DNA of 64,000 nt from Thermoplasmata archaeon (GCA_021798195.1 JAJZYH010000001.1:4351-68350); one strand, 5' to 3'. Shown: positions 44,281 to 54,167, numbered from the stretch's first letter. Notes: a model not told the origin generated them from the letters alone. Numbers and translations: made by a program.

Positions 44281-44645
44281 CCACGTTCTTCACCAACATC
44301 TGGGTCCTCCGGGGCCTCATGGGGGTCATCCTCGTGGTGGGGACCCTCACCGCCTTCTACGGGTTCCGCGCCTGGCACCGGACCGGCTCCCGCCCCCTCT
44401 TCTACATGGGGGTCGGGTTCACGCTCATCTCCCTGGCCGCCGCGCTCTCCGGAGTGATCTACGAGATCCTCACCCACGATCTCCTCACGGCCTGGATCGT
44501 GACCGCCGCGTTCTCCGCCGCGGGGTTCCTGGTGATCTTCTACTCCCTGGTGGCCCGGGAGCCCGTCTCTCCGCAGCCTCCGGAGACCTCCCGGGACCCG
44601 GGAGTGGAGGCGACGGGCGGAGAGCCCCGGGATGAACAGGGATGA
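44277..44645 (+). CDS. Small integral membrane protein (3-4 TM), co-transcribed with the wHTH regulator
   Basis: MTTFFTNIWVLRGLMGVILVVGTLTAFYGF...LFYMGVGFTLISLAAALSGVIYEIL...AWIVTAAFSAAGFLVIFYSLV. Confidence 0.55.
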   Translation: MTTFFTNIWVLRGLMGVILVVGTLTAFYGFRAWHRTGSRPLFYMGVGFTLISLAAALSGVIYEILTHDLLTAWIVTAAFSAAGFLVIFYSLVAREPVSPQPPETSRDPGVEATGGEPRDEQG

Positions 44646-44723
44646 GGGGGCTCCCCGGGGGCCATCCGGGCACGGACCCGCCGGGTCAGGGATGACAGAG
44701 TCCCCCCGGGGCGGGAACTGGGA

Positions 44724-45002
44724 TCACTTGTAGGTGGAGTGGTGGGTGTTCCCTTCGTCGTCCACGATGGTGATGCACTCCCCCTCGCACTCGAAGAGGC
44801 AGGCCTCGCAGACGATGCATTCGGGCCCGTTCACGGCCACCGATTTCTCGCCCCGGAACTGGAACTTGGCCCCCACCTCGGGGTCGTCCACGTTGTCCGG
44901 AAAGCTCGAGGAGGGACGCAGCTCGAACACGTTGACCGGGCAGACATCGCGGCAGTGGGCGCAACCGGTGCACTTGGGAAGGGCGATATCGACGGTGACC
45001 AT
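44724..45002 (-). CDS. 2x[4Fe-4S] ferredoxin
   Basis: Two CxxCxxCxxxCP motifs (CTGCAHCRDVCP and CIVCEACLFECEGEC). Confidence 0.9.
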   Translation of the reverse strand: MVTVDIALPKCTGCAHCRDVCPVNVFELRPSSSFPDNVDDPEVGAKFQFRGEKSVAVNGPECIVCEACLFECEGECITIVDDEGNTHHSTYK

Positions 45003-45187
45003 GTTCTTCGCCTCGGGGACCGGAGCGCCGACTGTGGAGGCGTATTTATCAATTGCCCCGAAACGGGTCGGCGGACCGAGGCGGGACGTGGCGGGTCCCC
45101 CCCTCCGCCCCGGGAGGATTCCTTATTCCCGTTCCGCCCCTCCCGCCCCAGGAGGCTCGGAGGGGCCACCCCTCCCGAGGCCCGTCC

Positions 45188-46765
45188 ATGATCGAAGCCC
45201 CCTGCCGCACCATCTCCCCGGGAGAGCTGGAAACGCTCCGGAGCGGCTCCATTCCCCAGAGGATGGAGGTCCTCCGGAAGCTCTCCGAAGGCCCGTGCCT
45301 CGAGAACCTCGACCCGGTCCTCGAGTCGCTCCGGTCGGACCGGCCGGTCATCCGGGCCGCGGCGGCCTACGTCCTCCGGGAGTGGCATCGCCCCGAGTCC
45401 ATCCCGCGGCTCCGCGAAGCGCTGAGAGACCCCGAGGCGGCGGTCCGGGCGGTGGCCGTGGAGTCCCTTGCCCGCCTCCTGGGCACGGGGGAGCTGGAGG
45501 AGCTCCTCGCACCGCTCCTCAAGGACCCGGCCCCCGAGGTGCGGGCCCAGGCCTCCTGGGCCCTGGGCACCCGGCTGGGGTCCCGGGGGCGGGAGATCCT
45601 CCTGGAAAGCCTTGCCGACCCGGACGCCGGCGTCCGGCAGAACGCGGTCCTGGCCCTGGGGCATTCGGGAGATCCCGATGCGTGGGAACGGATCCTCCCG
45701 GCGCTCCGGGACGAATCCGACCGGGTGCGCCGCGCCGCGGTCCTGGCCCTGCGCCGATTCCGGAGGGACACCGTCCTGGGACACATCCGGGCCTGCCTCG
45801 AGGATCCGGCCGAGAGGGTCCGCATCGCGGCCGCGGTGGCGCTGGGGGAGATGGGGGACCGGTCGTGCGTCCCCCTTCTCCTCGCCCGATATCCCCAGGA
45901 GCGCACCTGGGTGCGGCCCGCCACCCTGGTGGCCCTGGGCCGGCTGGGCGACCCGAGGGCCTTCCCGCTCCTCCAGTCCACCCTCGACGACCCCACCCCA
46001 TGGACCGTGGTCTGCGCCCTCTGGTCCCTCTCCCGCTGCCGGGTCCGTGGGGCCGCCCCCCGGGTGCGGAGCCTCCTCCGATCCCCCCACCGGACCGTCC
46101 GGGGGGCCGCGGCCGAGGCCCTGGGACGGCTGGGGAACCGGAGCGATGCCCCGCTCCTCGTGGGAGCCCTCGGGGACCCGGATCCCTGGGTCCGGCGGGG
46201 AGCCGCCTATAGCCTGGGGGCCCTGCGGGCTCGCCGGACCGCGGGCGCCCTTCGGGCGCGGCTCTCGGACCCCGACCCCGACGTCCGCCTCGCCGCGGTG
46301 TGGGCCCTGGGGGAGATCCGGGACCTCCGGAGCCTTCCCCACCTGATCCGTCTCCTGGAGAGGTCGGATCCCCCCCGGACTCCCTCGCCGGACCGGATCG
46401 CCCAAGCCCTGTCCGGGCGCCCGGACCTCCCGCAGGAGAGGTCGGAGAGCCTGCGCATCGTGGCGGAGGGAGAGGGTGCCGTGCGCCTGGTGAGCGATGC
46501 CGGGGCCACGGTCTTCGACGTGCTGCTCCTCACCCTGGCGAAGTATGCGGGAGGGCTTCCTCCCCAGGACGCGCGCCGGATCCAGGAGGCGTGTGCGGGA
46601 GCCATGGGCCGACTCCCCCCCGAGGAAAGGACCCGGCCCATCTGGCTCCCCACCATCGAGAGGTGGCGGGGACGGAAACCCCTCCCCCGGGAGCGCGTGG
46701 CCCGGGGCGATATCGGTGAGGGAAGGCGCGGGCCGGCCCCCCGCGGGCGTCGGTCCGGGCGATGA
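45188..46765 (+). CDS. HEAT-repeat (PBS-lyase HEAT-like) protein
   Basis: More than 10 tandem approximately 31-aa repeats of the form DPDxxVRxxAxxALGxxGdxRAvpxLxxaL (for example DPEAAVRAVAVESLARL, DPAPEVRAQASWALGTR, DPDAGVRQNAVLALGHSGDPDA). Internal ATG start. Confidence 0.8.
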   Translation: MIEAPCRTISPGELETLRSGSIPQRMEVLRKLSEGPCLENLDPVLESLRSDRPVIRAAAAYVLREWHRPESIPRLREALRDPEAAVRAVAVESLARLLGTGELEELLAPLLKDPAPEVRAQASWALGTRLGSRGREILLESLADPDAGVRQNAVLALGHSGDPDAWERILPALRDESDRVRRAAVLALRRFRRDTVLGHIRACLEDPAERVRIAAAVALGEMGDRSCVPLLLARYPQERTWVRPATLVALGRLGDPRAFPLLQSTLDDPTPWTVVCALWSLSRCRVRGAAPRVRSLLRSPHRTVRGAAAEALGRLGNRSDAPLLVGALGDPDPWVRRGAAYSLGALRARRTAGALRARLSDPDPDVRLAAVWALGEIRDLRSLPHLIRLLERSDPPRTPSPDRIAQALSGRPDLPQERSESLRIVAEGEGAVRLVSDAGATVFDVLLLTLAKYAGGLPPQDARRIQEACAGAMGRLPPEERTRPIWLPTIERWRGRKPLPRERVARGDIGEGRRGPAPRGRRSGR

Positions 46766-47715
46766 TCTACCGGTCGGTGCGCCGGAGCGATCTACCGGCC
46801 CTCGAGCGGGAGATCCGCCGGAACTTCGCGGAGGAAGACGATCGCTCGGGATACGACTCGGTGGAGCTGGTCCGGGGCCTCAACCGTTCCCTGCGCTTCC
46901 CGGGGGCGCTCCTCTGGGCGATCCGGCGGGGCCTCCATGCCTCCTCGGCGTACTTCCTCGTGGCCCAGGAGGGAGGGGAACTCGCGGGCACCACCCTCCT
47001 CACGCTGGCCTCCACCCACGCATACGTCTCCGTGGTGATGACCTCCCCGCCGTACCGGCGAAGGGGAGTGGCCCGCCATCTGCTCGCGTGGGCGGAGGAG
47101 ATCGCGAGGCGCCGGGGACGGCCCTACGTGGTCCTCGACGTGCAGACGACCAATCTTCCGGCGCGGAAGCTCTACCAGAGCCGGGGGTATCTCCCGCTCC
47201 GGAGCCTCCGATGGTTCCTCCATGACGGCCCCATCGGGGAGGGGCGGGACGAGGACATGGGCGCCCGCGCGGCCCAGGAGGAGGACCTCCTTCCGCTCTG
47301 GCGCCTCTGGCTCGCCTCCCATCCCGAGGAGGTCCGGCGGGCGCTCTTCGGGGACGGGGACCGCCTCCCTCGCTCCACCGCCTCCGAGCCGTTCCAGAGG
47401 GCAGAGTCCGTCTCCTGGTGCCTCGGCCCCGTGGGCCGGCCCACGGGGTATGTCCAGTCCATCTGGCTGCCCCCTCTCCGCGTGGGCCGGATCTCCAGCC
47501 CCGTCTTCGCTCCGGAAGCCTCCCCCGGAGCGCGCAGGGGCCTCATCCGCCAGGCCATGGCCTGGCTGGGGGAGCACGGAGCCCAGAAGGTGGCGGCGGA
47601 GGTCCCCCGCTACCACGAGGACTCCGTCCGGGAATTGACCTCCCTGGGATTCCATCCCACGGGGGAGATCGAGACGCTCTGCCGCCCCCTTCTCCGAGGA
47701 GGAGGGAGCCCATGA
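46762..47715 (+). CDS. GNAT-family N-acetyltransferase (tandem GNAT-like halves)
   Basis: YRRRGVARHLLAWAEEIARRRG (acetyl-CoA-binding motif A, Q/RxxGxG/A-like), with a second partial GNAT-like half. The ATGA overlap couples it to the downstream gene. Confidence 0.75.
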   Translation: MIYRSVRRSDLPALEREIRRNFAEEDDRSGYDSVELVRGLNRSLRFPGALLWAIRRGLHASSAYFLVAQEGGELAGTTLLTLASTHAYVSVVMTSPPYRRRGVARHLLAWAEEIARRRGRPYVVLDVQTTNLPARKLYQSRGYLPLRSLRWFLHDGPIGEGRDEDMGARAAQEEDLLPLWRLWLASHPEEVRRALFGDGDRLPRSTASEPFQRAESVSWCLGPVGRPTGYVQSIWLPPLRVGRISSPVFAPEASPGARRGLIRQAMAWLGEHGAQKVAAEVPRYHEDSVRELTSLGFHPTGEIETLCRPLLRGGGSP

Positions 47716-49088
47716 AGCGGGACGGGTTCCCCCGGGCCCGTCCCCCCGTGTACCTCTTCCCGTGCCGGATCCAGGAGGGCTGGGGCGATGTGGCGGAGTT
47801 CTCCCGGGTCGCGTGGGCCCTATACAGGGCAGGATTCCCGCTGGTGGGCGAGGATCCCGGAAGGGGGCGGGGGCGGATGGACCCCCGGGTCGTCCCCCTG
47901 GACCCGCGGGAAGCGGGGCCGGTGGTCCCGTTCCCTCCCCTCCACCCACCCCGGGATGTCCCCTTCCGCGGACGGGCCATCCTCCTCGCCACCTGGTGGG
48001 GGCTCTCGTGCCGCACGGAGGATGACGAGGGGGACCCGGTCCCCGGTCCCTGGGCATCCTCCGTGACCTCCGTCATCCGCCATCGCACCCCCGAGGAGGT
48101 GCTCACCGTGAGCCTCGAGGAGTTCGGCTCCGCGGTCCCTTCGAGGACCTTCCTCTCCCGGCAACTGGCCACAGCAGGTTGGAGCCCCGGGCGGGTGCTC
48201 CGGTACATGGGCTCCCCGCAGGGGAAGGAGCACCTCTTCCGGTACGTCTCGGCGTTCCGGAGGTATCGGGGCGCTTCCTCTCCCACCACCCTCCACGTGG
48301 TCTCCCAGTTCGCCCCCGATCCCGAGGCGGCCCGGGAGTTCCCGTTCCTGGTCCAGACCGGGCCGGCGGAGGGAAGTCCACGACACAAGGAGCCGGCGAG
48401 GGTGCCGGAGAGCGGTCCACTGCGGGTGCTGTGGTACGCAAGCCCCCCATCCTCCCGGGACTTTGCGCCTCCCCTCTTCGCCGCCTTGTCCTCCCTGGGA
48501 CGTCCGGTGGACCTGGTGCTCCGCACCCGGGATCCGGAGCTCACGGAGGGGGATCCCGGACCTTCCCGGGGATCTCTCCGGGTGATCCCGGCTCCCGAGC
48601 TTCCCCCGGAGGCCTGGGATCGGCTGGAGGCCGAAGCGCACCTTCGCATCGTCTCGGGGAGTCAGAGCCTCGTGGAGGCGCTCGAGGACCGGGCCCCCTT
48701 CCTCTATTTCAACGGGTGGGTGCGGACCCCTTCCGGGAAGGGGCGCCCCTTCCGCACCGAGAAGCTCCTCTCCCTCCTCTCCGCCCGGGGTCGCTCCCCC
48801 GCGGCCCGGAGCGTGAACCGGGACCTCTGGTCCTTTGCGGGGGGGAGGGATCTCCGGGCCATCCTGCGTCGGGCCCTTCTGAGCCCCGCCTGGCGCGCGG
48901 AGGTGGTGCGCCGAGCCCCCTCCCGCTTCCCGCCCCGGTACCGGGACATGGGGGCGTACGTGGTGGAGGTCGCCCGCTCCTTCTCCCGGGAAGCGATCCC
49001 TTCCCCGACCCTCGTGGCCCGGGAGAGGGCGCACGCCTCGGGGAGGATCCGGTCCCTTCGGCCGCCGGTCTCCCGCACCCTCATGTAG
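47712..49088 (+). CDS. Hypothetical protein (459 aa) with local resemblance to EarP (EF-P arginine rhamnosyltransferase, GT-B fold)
   Basis: N-terminal VYLFPCRIQEGWGDVAEFSRVAWALYRAGFPL resembles the EarP N-terminal motif DIFCSVVDNYGDIGVTWRLAR. Later SGSQSLVEALEDRAPFLYFNGW resembles EarP's DSFVRAQWAGRPLLWHIY. Both comparisons are to sequences recalled from memory; I did not run an alignment. Confidence 0.55.
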   Translation: MKRDGFPRARPPVYLFPCRIQEGWGDVAEFSRVAWALYRAGFPLVGEDPGRGRGRMDPRVVPLDPREAGPVVPFPPLHPPRDVPFRGRAILLATWWGLSCRTEDDEGDPVPGPWASSVTSVIRHRTPEEVLTVSLEEFGSAVPSRTFLSRQLATAGWSPGRVLRYMGSPQGKEHLFRYVSAFRRYRGASSPTTLHVVSQFAPDPEAAREFPFLVQTGPAEGSPRHKEPARVPESGPLRVLWYASPPSSRDFAPPLFAALSSLGRPVDLVLRTRDPELTEGDPGPSRGSLRVIPAPELPPEAWDRLEAEAHLRIVSGSQSLVEALEDRAPFLYFNGWVRTPSGKGRPFRTEKLLSLLSARGRSPAARSVNRDLWSFAGGRDLRAILRRALLSPAWRAEVVRRAPSRFPPRYRDMGAYVVEVARSFSREAIPSPTLVARERAHASGRIRSLRPPVSRTLM

Positions 49089-49097
49089 CCTCCGGGG

Positions 49098-50225
49098 ATG
49101 GAAGGCCCCATGTCCCAAGTTGGCGACGACACGGCGGTCCAGACGGAACCGCTGGCGCGACAGATCCTCGAGAGATCGCTCCACGTGCGACGGGGAGAGA
49201 ACGTGGTGGTGGAGAGCTGGACGCACACCCTCCCCTGGGCCCTCGCGTGCATCCGCGCGGCGCGCCGGATGGGGGCCCACGCCACGCTCCTCTACGAGGA
49301 TGAGGCCACCTACTGGGCCTCGGTGGAGTCGGCCGACCCGAAGGTCCTGGGGACGCTCTCCGAGGTGGAGAAGGCCGCCCTCTCCAAGACCCATGCCTAC
49401 GTCCACTTCTGGGGGCCGGCCGACCGCCCCCGTCTGTACGACCTCCCCGACAAGACCCGCCAGGCGCTCCTCGCGTTCAACCCCACCTGGTACCAGGTCG
49501 CGGAGAAGGCGGGGGTCCGGGGCTGCCGGGTGGGGCTGGGGATCGTGAGCCCCGAGAGGGCCCACCGGCTGGAGCGCGACTTCGCCGATTGGCGCCGGCA
49601 GGTCATCGAGGCATCCCTGGTGGACCCGGCCACGTTGCTCGCGGAGGGCCGGAAGATCGGCTCCCGCCTGGAGCGGGGGCGGGAGCTCCACATCACCCAC
49701 CCCAACGGGACCGACCTCACGCTCCGCCTGCGCCGGCGCAAGACGGTGGTGGAGGCGGGGACCCTGACCCCCCAGCTTCGGAAGATGGGGAACCTCATGG
49801 TGAACCTCCCCGCCGGGGTCGCTACCGTGGCGGTGGACGAGTCCCACGGGGAGGGTACGTTCGTGGCGAACCGCGGGTCCTGGACCATGCGGGACGTCTA
49901 TCGGGGAGGCACGTGGGAGCTCCGGGGAGGGCGCCTCGTCTCCTACCAGTACGAATCGGGGGGTGCAGAGTTCGAGGCCGCCTACCGGAAGGCGCCCAAG
50001 GGGCGGGACCGGGTGGGCCTCCTCTCGGTGGGGCTCAACCCCGCCATCCACGATCTTCCCAACCTCGAGGACGCCGAGCGGGGGAACCTCTGCCTCGCCG
50101 TGGGGGGAAACGCCGATTACGGAGGGACGAACCGGGCGCCGTACCTTGCCTGGCTCACCCTCGCGGGCGCCACGGTGACCGTGGACGGCGTCCCTCTCGT
50201 GGAGGACGGCCGACCGGTGGCCTGA
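49098..50225 (+). CDS. M29-family aminopeptidase (AmpS/aminopeptidase T-like)
   Basis: 375 aa. The pattern (LARQILERSLHVRRGENVVVESW... HITHPNGTDLT... LNPAIHDLPN) matches the thermophilic aminopeptidase family. Confidence 0.8.
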   Translation: MEGPMSQVGDDTAVQTEPLARQILERSLHVRRGENVVVESWTHTLPWALACIRAARRMGAHATLLYEDEATYWASVESADPKVLGTLSEVEKAALSKTHAYVHFWGPADRPRLYDLPDKTRQALLAFNPTWYQVAEKAGVRGCRVGLGIVSPERAHRLERDFADWRRQVIEASLVDPATLLAEGRKIGSRLERGRELHITHPNGTDLTLRLRRRKTVVEAGTLTPQLRKMGNLMVNLPAGVATVAVDESHGEGTFVANRGSWTMRDVYRGGTWELRGGRLVSYQYESGGAEFEAAYRKAPKGRDRVGLLSVGLNPAIHDLPNLEDAERGNLCLAVGGNADYGGTNRAPYLAWLTLAGATVTVDGVPLVEDGRPVA

Positions 50226-50270
50226 GAGGAAAGAGCGCCCCTGGGTCCCACGCGGGAGGGGAGGCACGAA

Positions 50271-50888
50271 GTGGCGGGCCCCGACGGACGCACGGACCCC
50301 ACGGACCGTTCCCCCCTGCCCCGGTCGTTCTACGACCGGCCCACCCGTGAGGTGGCCCGGGACCTCCTGGGCACCTACCTCGTGCACGCGCCGGAGGGGG
50401 CGCACCCTCCCCGCGTGGTGCGCCTCGTGGAGACCGAGGCGTACGTGGCCGGGGATCCGGCGAACCACGCCTATCGAGGCCCCACCCCACGGAACCGCAC
50501 CATGTTCCGGGGCCCGGGCCATCTCTACGTGTACCGGATCCACCAGGTGGTCTGCGCCAACGTGACCACGAGGCCGGGAGAGGCCGTGCTCCTCCGGGCG
50601 GGGGAACCCGTCCAGGGGATCGGTTCCTCTCCCCAGGGGCCCGGCCGGCTCTGCCGGGCCATGGGGATCCTCCACGTCCACGACGGGATGGACCTTGTGG
50701 ACGGGCGCATCACGCTGCGGCCCCGGATCGGTGCGCCTCCTCCCATCCAGTCCACCCCGCGGGTGGGGATCCGCCGGGCCGCCCGCCGCCCCCTGCGTTT
50801 CCTCGTGCCGGGGAGCCCATGGGTCTCCCGGAGGCCCCGCCCGCGGCGATCCTCCCCGCTCCCTCCCCAACCCGGGTCGCGATCATGA
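50271..50888 (+). CDS. 3-methyladenine DNA glycosylase (Mpg/AAG family)
   Basis: FYDRPTREVARDLLGTYLVH...VRLVETEAYVAGDPANHAYRGPTPRNRTMFRGPGHLYVYRIHQVVCANVT. GTG start; the true start may be internal. Confidence 0.85.
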   Translation: MAGPDGRTDPTDRSPLPRSFYDRPTREVARDLLGTYLVHAPEGAHPPRVVRLVETEAYVAGDPANHAYRGPTPRNRTMFRGPGHLYVYRIHQVVCANVTTRPGEAVLLRAGEPVQGIGSSPQGPGRLCRAMGILHVHDGMDLVDGRITLRPRIGAPPPIQSTPRVGIRRAARRPLRFLVPGSPWVSRRPRPRRSSPLPPQPGSRS

Positions 50889-51694
50889 GCGCCGTTCCCC
50901 CGGGTCCCCCCATCCAGATCGGCTGCTCCGGCTGGGAATATCCCGAGTGGGTGGGTCCCTTCTATCCCCGGGGGACCCGGTCCGACCACCTGAGGACCTA
51001 CGCGGCCTCCTTTCCCATCGTGGAGATCAACACGAGCTTCTACCAGATCCCCTCCCCCCGCGTGGTGGGCACCTGGGCCCGCCGGACTCCCCGGGGCTTC
51101 GGGTTCACGGCCAAGCTGCCCCAGGAGATCACCCACGTCCGGCGCCTTGAGCACATCGAGGAACCCCTCGCACGCTTTCTCGAAGCCATGGCCCCCCTGC
51201 GGATGGCGGAGAAGCTCCGGGCCCTCCTGGTGCAGCTCCCTCCTTCCCTTCCCTTCGACGCGCCGAAGGTCCGGGACTTCTACGAACGCCTTCCGGAGGA
51301 CGTCCCCGTGGCCGTGGAGTTCCGGGAACCCGGCTGGCGGGATCCCGCCTCCTGGGATCTCCTGCGGGAGTTCGGCTTCGCCTCCACCATCGTCGATGAA
51401 CCGCTCCTTCCGGTGGACCTCACCCGGACGGCCCCCTGGGTCTACGTGCGCTGGCACGGTCATGGCCAGCCGGTCTGGTACGACTACCGGTATTCCCGGG
51501 CGGAGCTCCAGGCATGGGTCCCCCGGATCCGTGGGGTGGTGGAAGGGGGGACCAAGGCCCTCGGCTTCTTCAACAACCACTTCCGGGGGGACGCGCCCCG
51601 GAACGCCCGGGAGTTCCAGGACCTCTTGGGATTGCTCCCTCCCCCGTGGACCCCCCGGCTGGACCGGGAGGGTCCCCCCTCCTCCCCACCGTGA
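50885..51694 (+). CDS. DUF72 (YecE-like) family protein, second paralog
   Basis: MSAVPPGPPIQIGCSGWEYPEWVGPFYPRG...YAASFPIVEINTSFYQ...VRWHGHG...LGFFNNHFRG. ATGA overlap with the Mpg stop. Confidence 0.85.
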   Translation: MSAVPPGPPIQIGCSGWEYPEWVGPFYPRGTRSDHLRTYAASFPIVEINTSFYQIPSPRVVGTWARRTPRGFGFTAKLPQEITHVRRLEHIEEPLARFLEAMAPLRMAEKLRALLVQLPPSLPFDAPKVRDFYERLPEDVPVAVEFREPGWRDPASWDLLREFGFASTIVDEPLLPVDLTRTAPWVYVRWHGHGQPVWYDYRYSRAELQAWVPRIRGVVEGGTKALGFFNNHFRGDAPRNAREFQDLLGLLPPPWTPRLDREGPPSSPP

Positions 51695-51718
51695 ACCCAG
51701 AGGGGAGGAGCGGGTGGT

Positions 51719-52399
51719 TCAGGCCTCCCGGGGAACCTTCGAGCCGGCCCGGGAACGTTGCCTTCGGAGCCGGAGGTACGCCTCGCTGTAGGCGAGGGCC
51801 AGGAGAACGTAGCTCAGGAAGTAGAGGGCGAGGGGGTAGGACCAGCCCGCCGAATAGGCGGCGAGGGAGAACGGGCTCGCCCGGATGGAGAGGAGCAGCG
51901 TGGGGAGGAGGGAGGAGACCAGGGGGGCCACCAGCGCCGAGACCAGGGCGGCCCAGACCGCGGAGGCCACGAGGAACCCCTTCCCGATGGGGCCGGTGAG
52001 ATGGAGCCCCACGAAGGTGTACCACAGGAACCCCGAGACGAGGCCCAGGGCCACGAGGATCGCCAGGACCGCGAACACCCAGGGGGGGAGCACCGAGGGG
52101 CCGAACGGGGCGAACACGATGAGGAAGAGGATGAGCCCCGCGGCGCCCAGGAGGGCGGCGGCGATGGCGAGGAAGCGGTGCGCTTCCCGGATGTGGGTCC
52201 AGTGGCTCTCCGCCCAGACCTTCTGGCCCCGCCAGATGATCACGAAGCCCACGGCCGTGGTGAGGATGCTCACCCAGGAGACCAGGATGCCGGGGCCCCC
52301 CAGGAGGCTCCGCGTGGCGAACTCGTAGGTCTCGGCGGCCGCCTCCACCACGAATCCCACCAGGAGGGCGAAGATCGCATCCCGTGCCGACGTCCTCAT
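51719..52399 (-). CDS. Integral membrane protein (about 6 TM), hypothetical
   Basis: 226 aa, hydrophobic throughout (AIFALLVGFVVEAAA..., LILFLIVFAPFGPSVLPPWVFAVLAILVALGLVSGFLWY...). Confidence 0.55.
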   Translation of the reverse strand: MRTSARDAIFALLVGFVVEAAAETYEFATRSLLGGPGILVSWVSILTTAVGFVIIWRGQKVWAESHWTHIREAHRFLAIAAALLGAAGLILFLIVFAPFGPSVLPPWVFAVLAILVALGLVSGFLWYTFVGLHLTGPIGKGFLVASAVWAALVSALVAPLVSSLLPTLLLSIRASPFSLAAYSAGWSYPLALYFLSYVLLALAYSEAYLRLRRQRSRAGSKVPREA

Positions 52400-52463
52400 G
52401 GCGCCTCGATCCCTCCCGCCTCGTGGGAACGGGTCCCGGGCTCCCCGTCTCCCCCGGGCGCCT

Positions 52464-52664
52464 TCAGTGCTTCCGCAGGATGGACTTCATGTGGACGTGG
52501 CCGCTGCGCGGCTTCGCCCATTCGTAGCCCCGCCGGCGGGCGGTGTCCCCGAACCCGCACGACGCGCAGACCTTCTTCTGGACATGGTAGGAATGCTTGC
52601 CGCACCGGCGGCAGATGATGTGCACGATCTTGCCGCCGCGCTGTGAGGGGGTTCCCTTGGACAT
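52464..52664 (-). CDS. rpl37e: Ribosomal protein L37e
   Basis: [39 protein letters not shown]4 zinc-ribbon r-protein found only in archaea and eukaryotes. Confidence 0.95.
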   Translation of the reverse strand: MSKGTPSQRGGKIVHIICRRCGKHSYHVQKKVCASCGFGDTARRRGYEWAKPRSGHVHMKSILRKH

Positions 52665-52689
52665 GATCGCCTCGCTCCGGACCCGTCCC

Positions 52690-52902
52690 CTACGGGGAGA
52701 TATAGATGACGCTGTCGCCCCGGACCAGGGTGCGGCCCGGGTGGGGGGTGGTCCCTTCCCGCCCCACCTCCTCCGCCTGGGCGAGGACGAGGTTCATGTG
52801 CTGGTCGAACCCTTCGAGGGTCCCCCGGTACGACCGCCCCCCCTTGATCTCCACCAGCACCCTCTGACGGAGCGTGGCCTGGAGCACCTCGAGAGGTTTC
52901 AT
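52690..52902 (-). CDS. Sm-like archaeal protein (SmAP/LSm)
   Basis: 70 aa. Sm1/Sm2 motifs: [35 protein letters not shown]...[14 protein letters not shown]. Sm-L37e adjacency is typical of archaea. Confidence 0.9.
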   Translation of the reverse strand: MKPLEVLQATLRQRVLVEIKGGRSYRGTLEGFDQHMNLVLAQAEEVGREGTTPHPGRTLVRGDSVIYISP

Positions 52903-53002
52903 GATGGGGAAGAGGGAGCCGGTCCCCGCCTTAAGCTTAGGCTCCCTCCGCGAGGGGTCCACGGGGTCCGGACGGAGCGGGCCGCGTCCGGGATCGGGAC
53001 CG

Positions 53003-54163
53003 TCAAAGGTGCGCCAGGAGGACCAGGGCGATCCCCAGGAGGAGGAAGGGGGCCAGGAGCGCCACCCAGGACACGGGGTGGCCGAAGTTGAAGGTCCAAC
53101 CCACCCCGAAACGCTTGGCCACGAGGATGGAGCTGTCGTCCGGGTTGTAGTAGAGGATCCCTCCCTTCCAGAACCGGTCGTCGTCCCGTTCGGGCCCGTA
53201 CGCCCGGACCGACGGGCCGGAGGACGGACCACCGGCCGGGCCCGCGGGGGCCGGGATTCGGGCTCCCAATTGTCCCGTCCGGACGCTCACCGTCAGGACG
53301 AGGGCCACCACCAGGAGCGCGGGGGCCAATGCCACGGCCAAGACCCAACCGGACGCAGGCGGGGCGATCGCCCCCCACAGGAGGAGCGAGAGGAAGGCGA
53401 GCTGGGCCTCCACGATGGCGGCCACCCCAAGGAGAAGGGCCGCCATGCGTTCCCGGAAGATCCCCTGCCGCCGGTGCTCCGAGGCCCAATCCTCCCGGGG
53501 GCCCAGCTCGGTCCGCGTCCTCGTGATCACCCAGGAAAGGAGCGCGAAGAGGGTGAGGATCGCGGCTCCCACCAGAGGGAGGGAGAACGCCACGAGGAAG
53601 GACTTGGGAGCCCATGCGTTGACGCTCCCGGAAAGGGTGTAGTGCACGGGGATCTCCGCGGGGAGGCCCGGGTAGAGGAAGAGGCCGGCCCCCCAGACGG
53701 CGCCGAGGAGGAGGAGGGAGGGAAGGATCCAGAGGCCCAGATGACGGGCGGACGGCTTTGGGGCGGACCACCCCGCAGCCACCGACATCCCCGCCCGGCC
53801 CTGCATCCAATGCTCTTCCTCCTTGACGTGCAGGAGCTGGCCCCGGAACACCACGTAGGAGACCAGGGAACCGGCCACGAGGAGGAAGATCCCGGCCACG
53901 GGCACCAGCCGGTCGGCGATCCCCCCGATGCCGGTGGCCGGGATCCCGACGATGGCGAGGAGAGCGAGGGCGAGGGAGAGGAGGGCGCCGGCCCGGAACC
54001 TCCGGATGGACCGGAGGACCGCGGGGTCATCCGTCCGCTCCGGGGGGACCCGGACCCCGAGACGGATGGTGCGGGGGGTGAGGTCCGGGAGCCAGTAGAG
54101 GAAGACCCCCAGGAGGATCGCAAGGGTGGCGATGTACCCTTCCAGGAACGACACGGGGGTCAT
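53003..54163 (-). CDS. DUF1648-like polytopic membrane protein
   Basis: Internal ATG (MTPVSFLEGYIATLAILLGVFLYWLP...). Multiple TM helices and conserved W/Y-rich loops. Adjacent to a GntR regulator. Confidence 0.6.
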   Translation of the reverse strand: MTPVSFLEGYIATLAILLGVFLYWLPDLTPRTIRLGVRVPPERTDDPAVLRSIRRFRAGALLSLALALLAIVGIPATGIGGIADRLVPVAGIFLLVAGSLVSYVVFRGQLLHVKEEEHWMQGRAGMSVAAGWSAPKPSARHLGLWILPSLLLLGAVWGAGLFLYPGLPAEIPVHYTLSGSVNAWAPKSFLVAFSLPLVGAAILTLFALLSWVITRTRTELGPREDWASEHRRQGIFRERMAALLLGVAAIVEAQLAFLSLLLWGAIAPPASGWVLAVALAPALLVVALVLTVSVRTGQLGARIPAPAGPAGGPSSGPSVRAYGPERDDDRFWKGGILYYNPDDSSILVAKRFGVGWTFNFGHPVSWVALLAPFLLLGIALVLLAHL

Positions 54164-54167
54164 GGGG

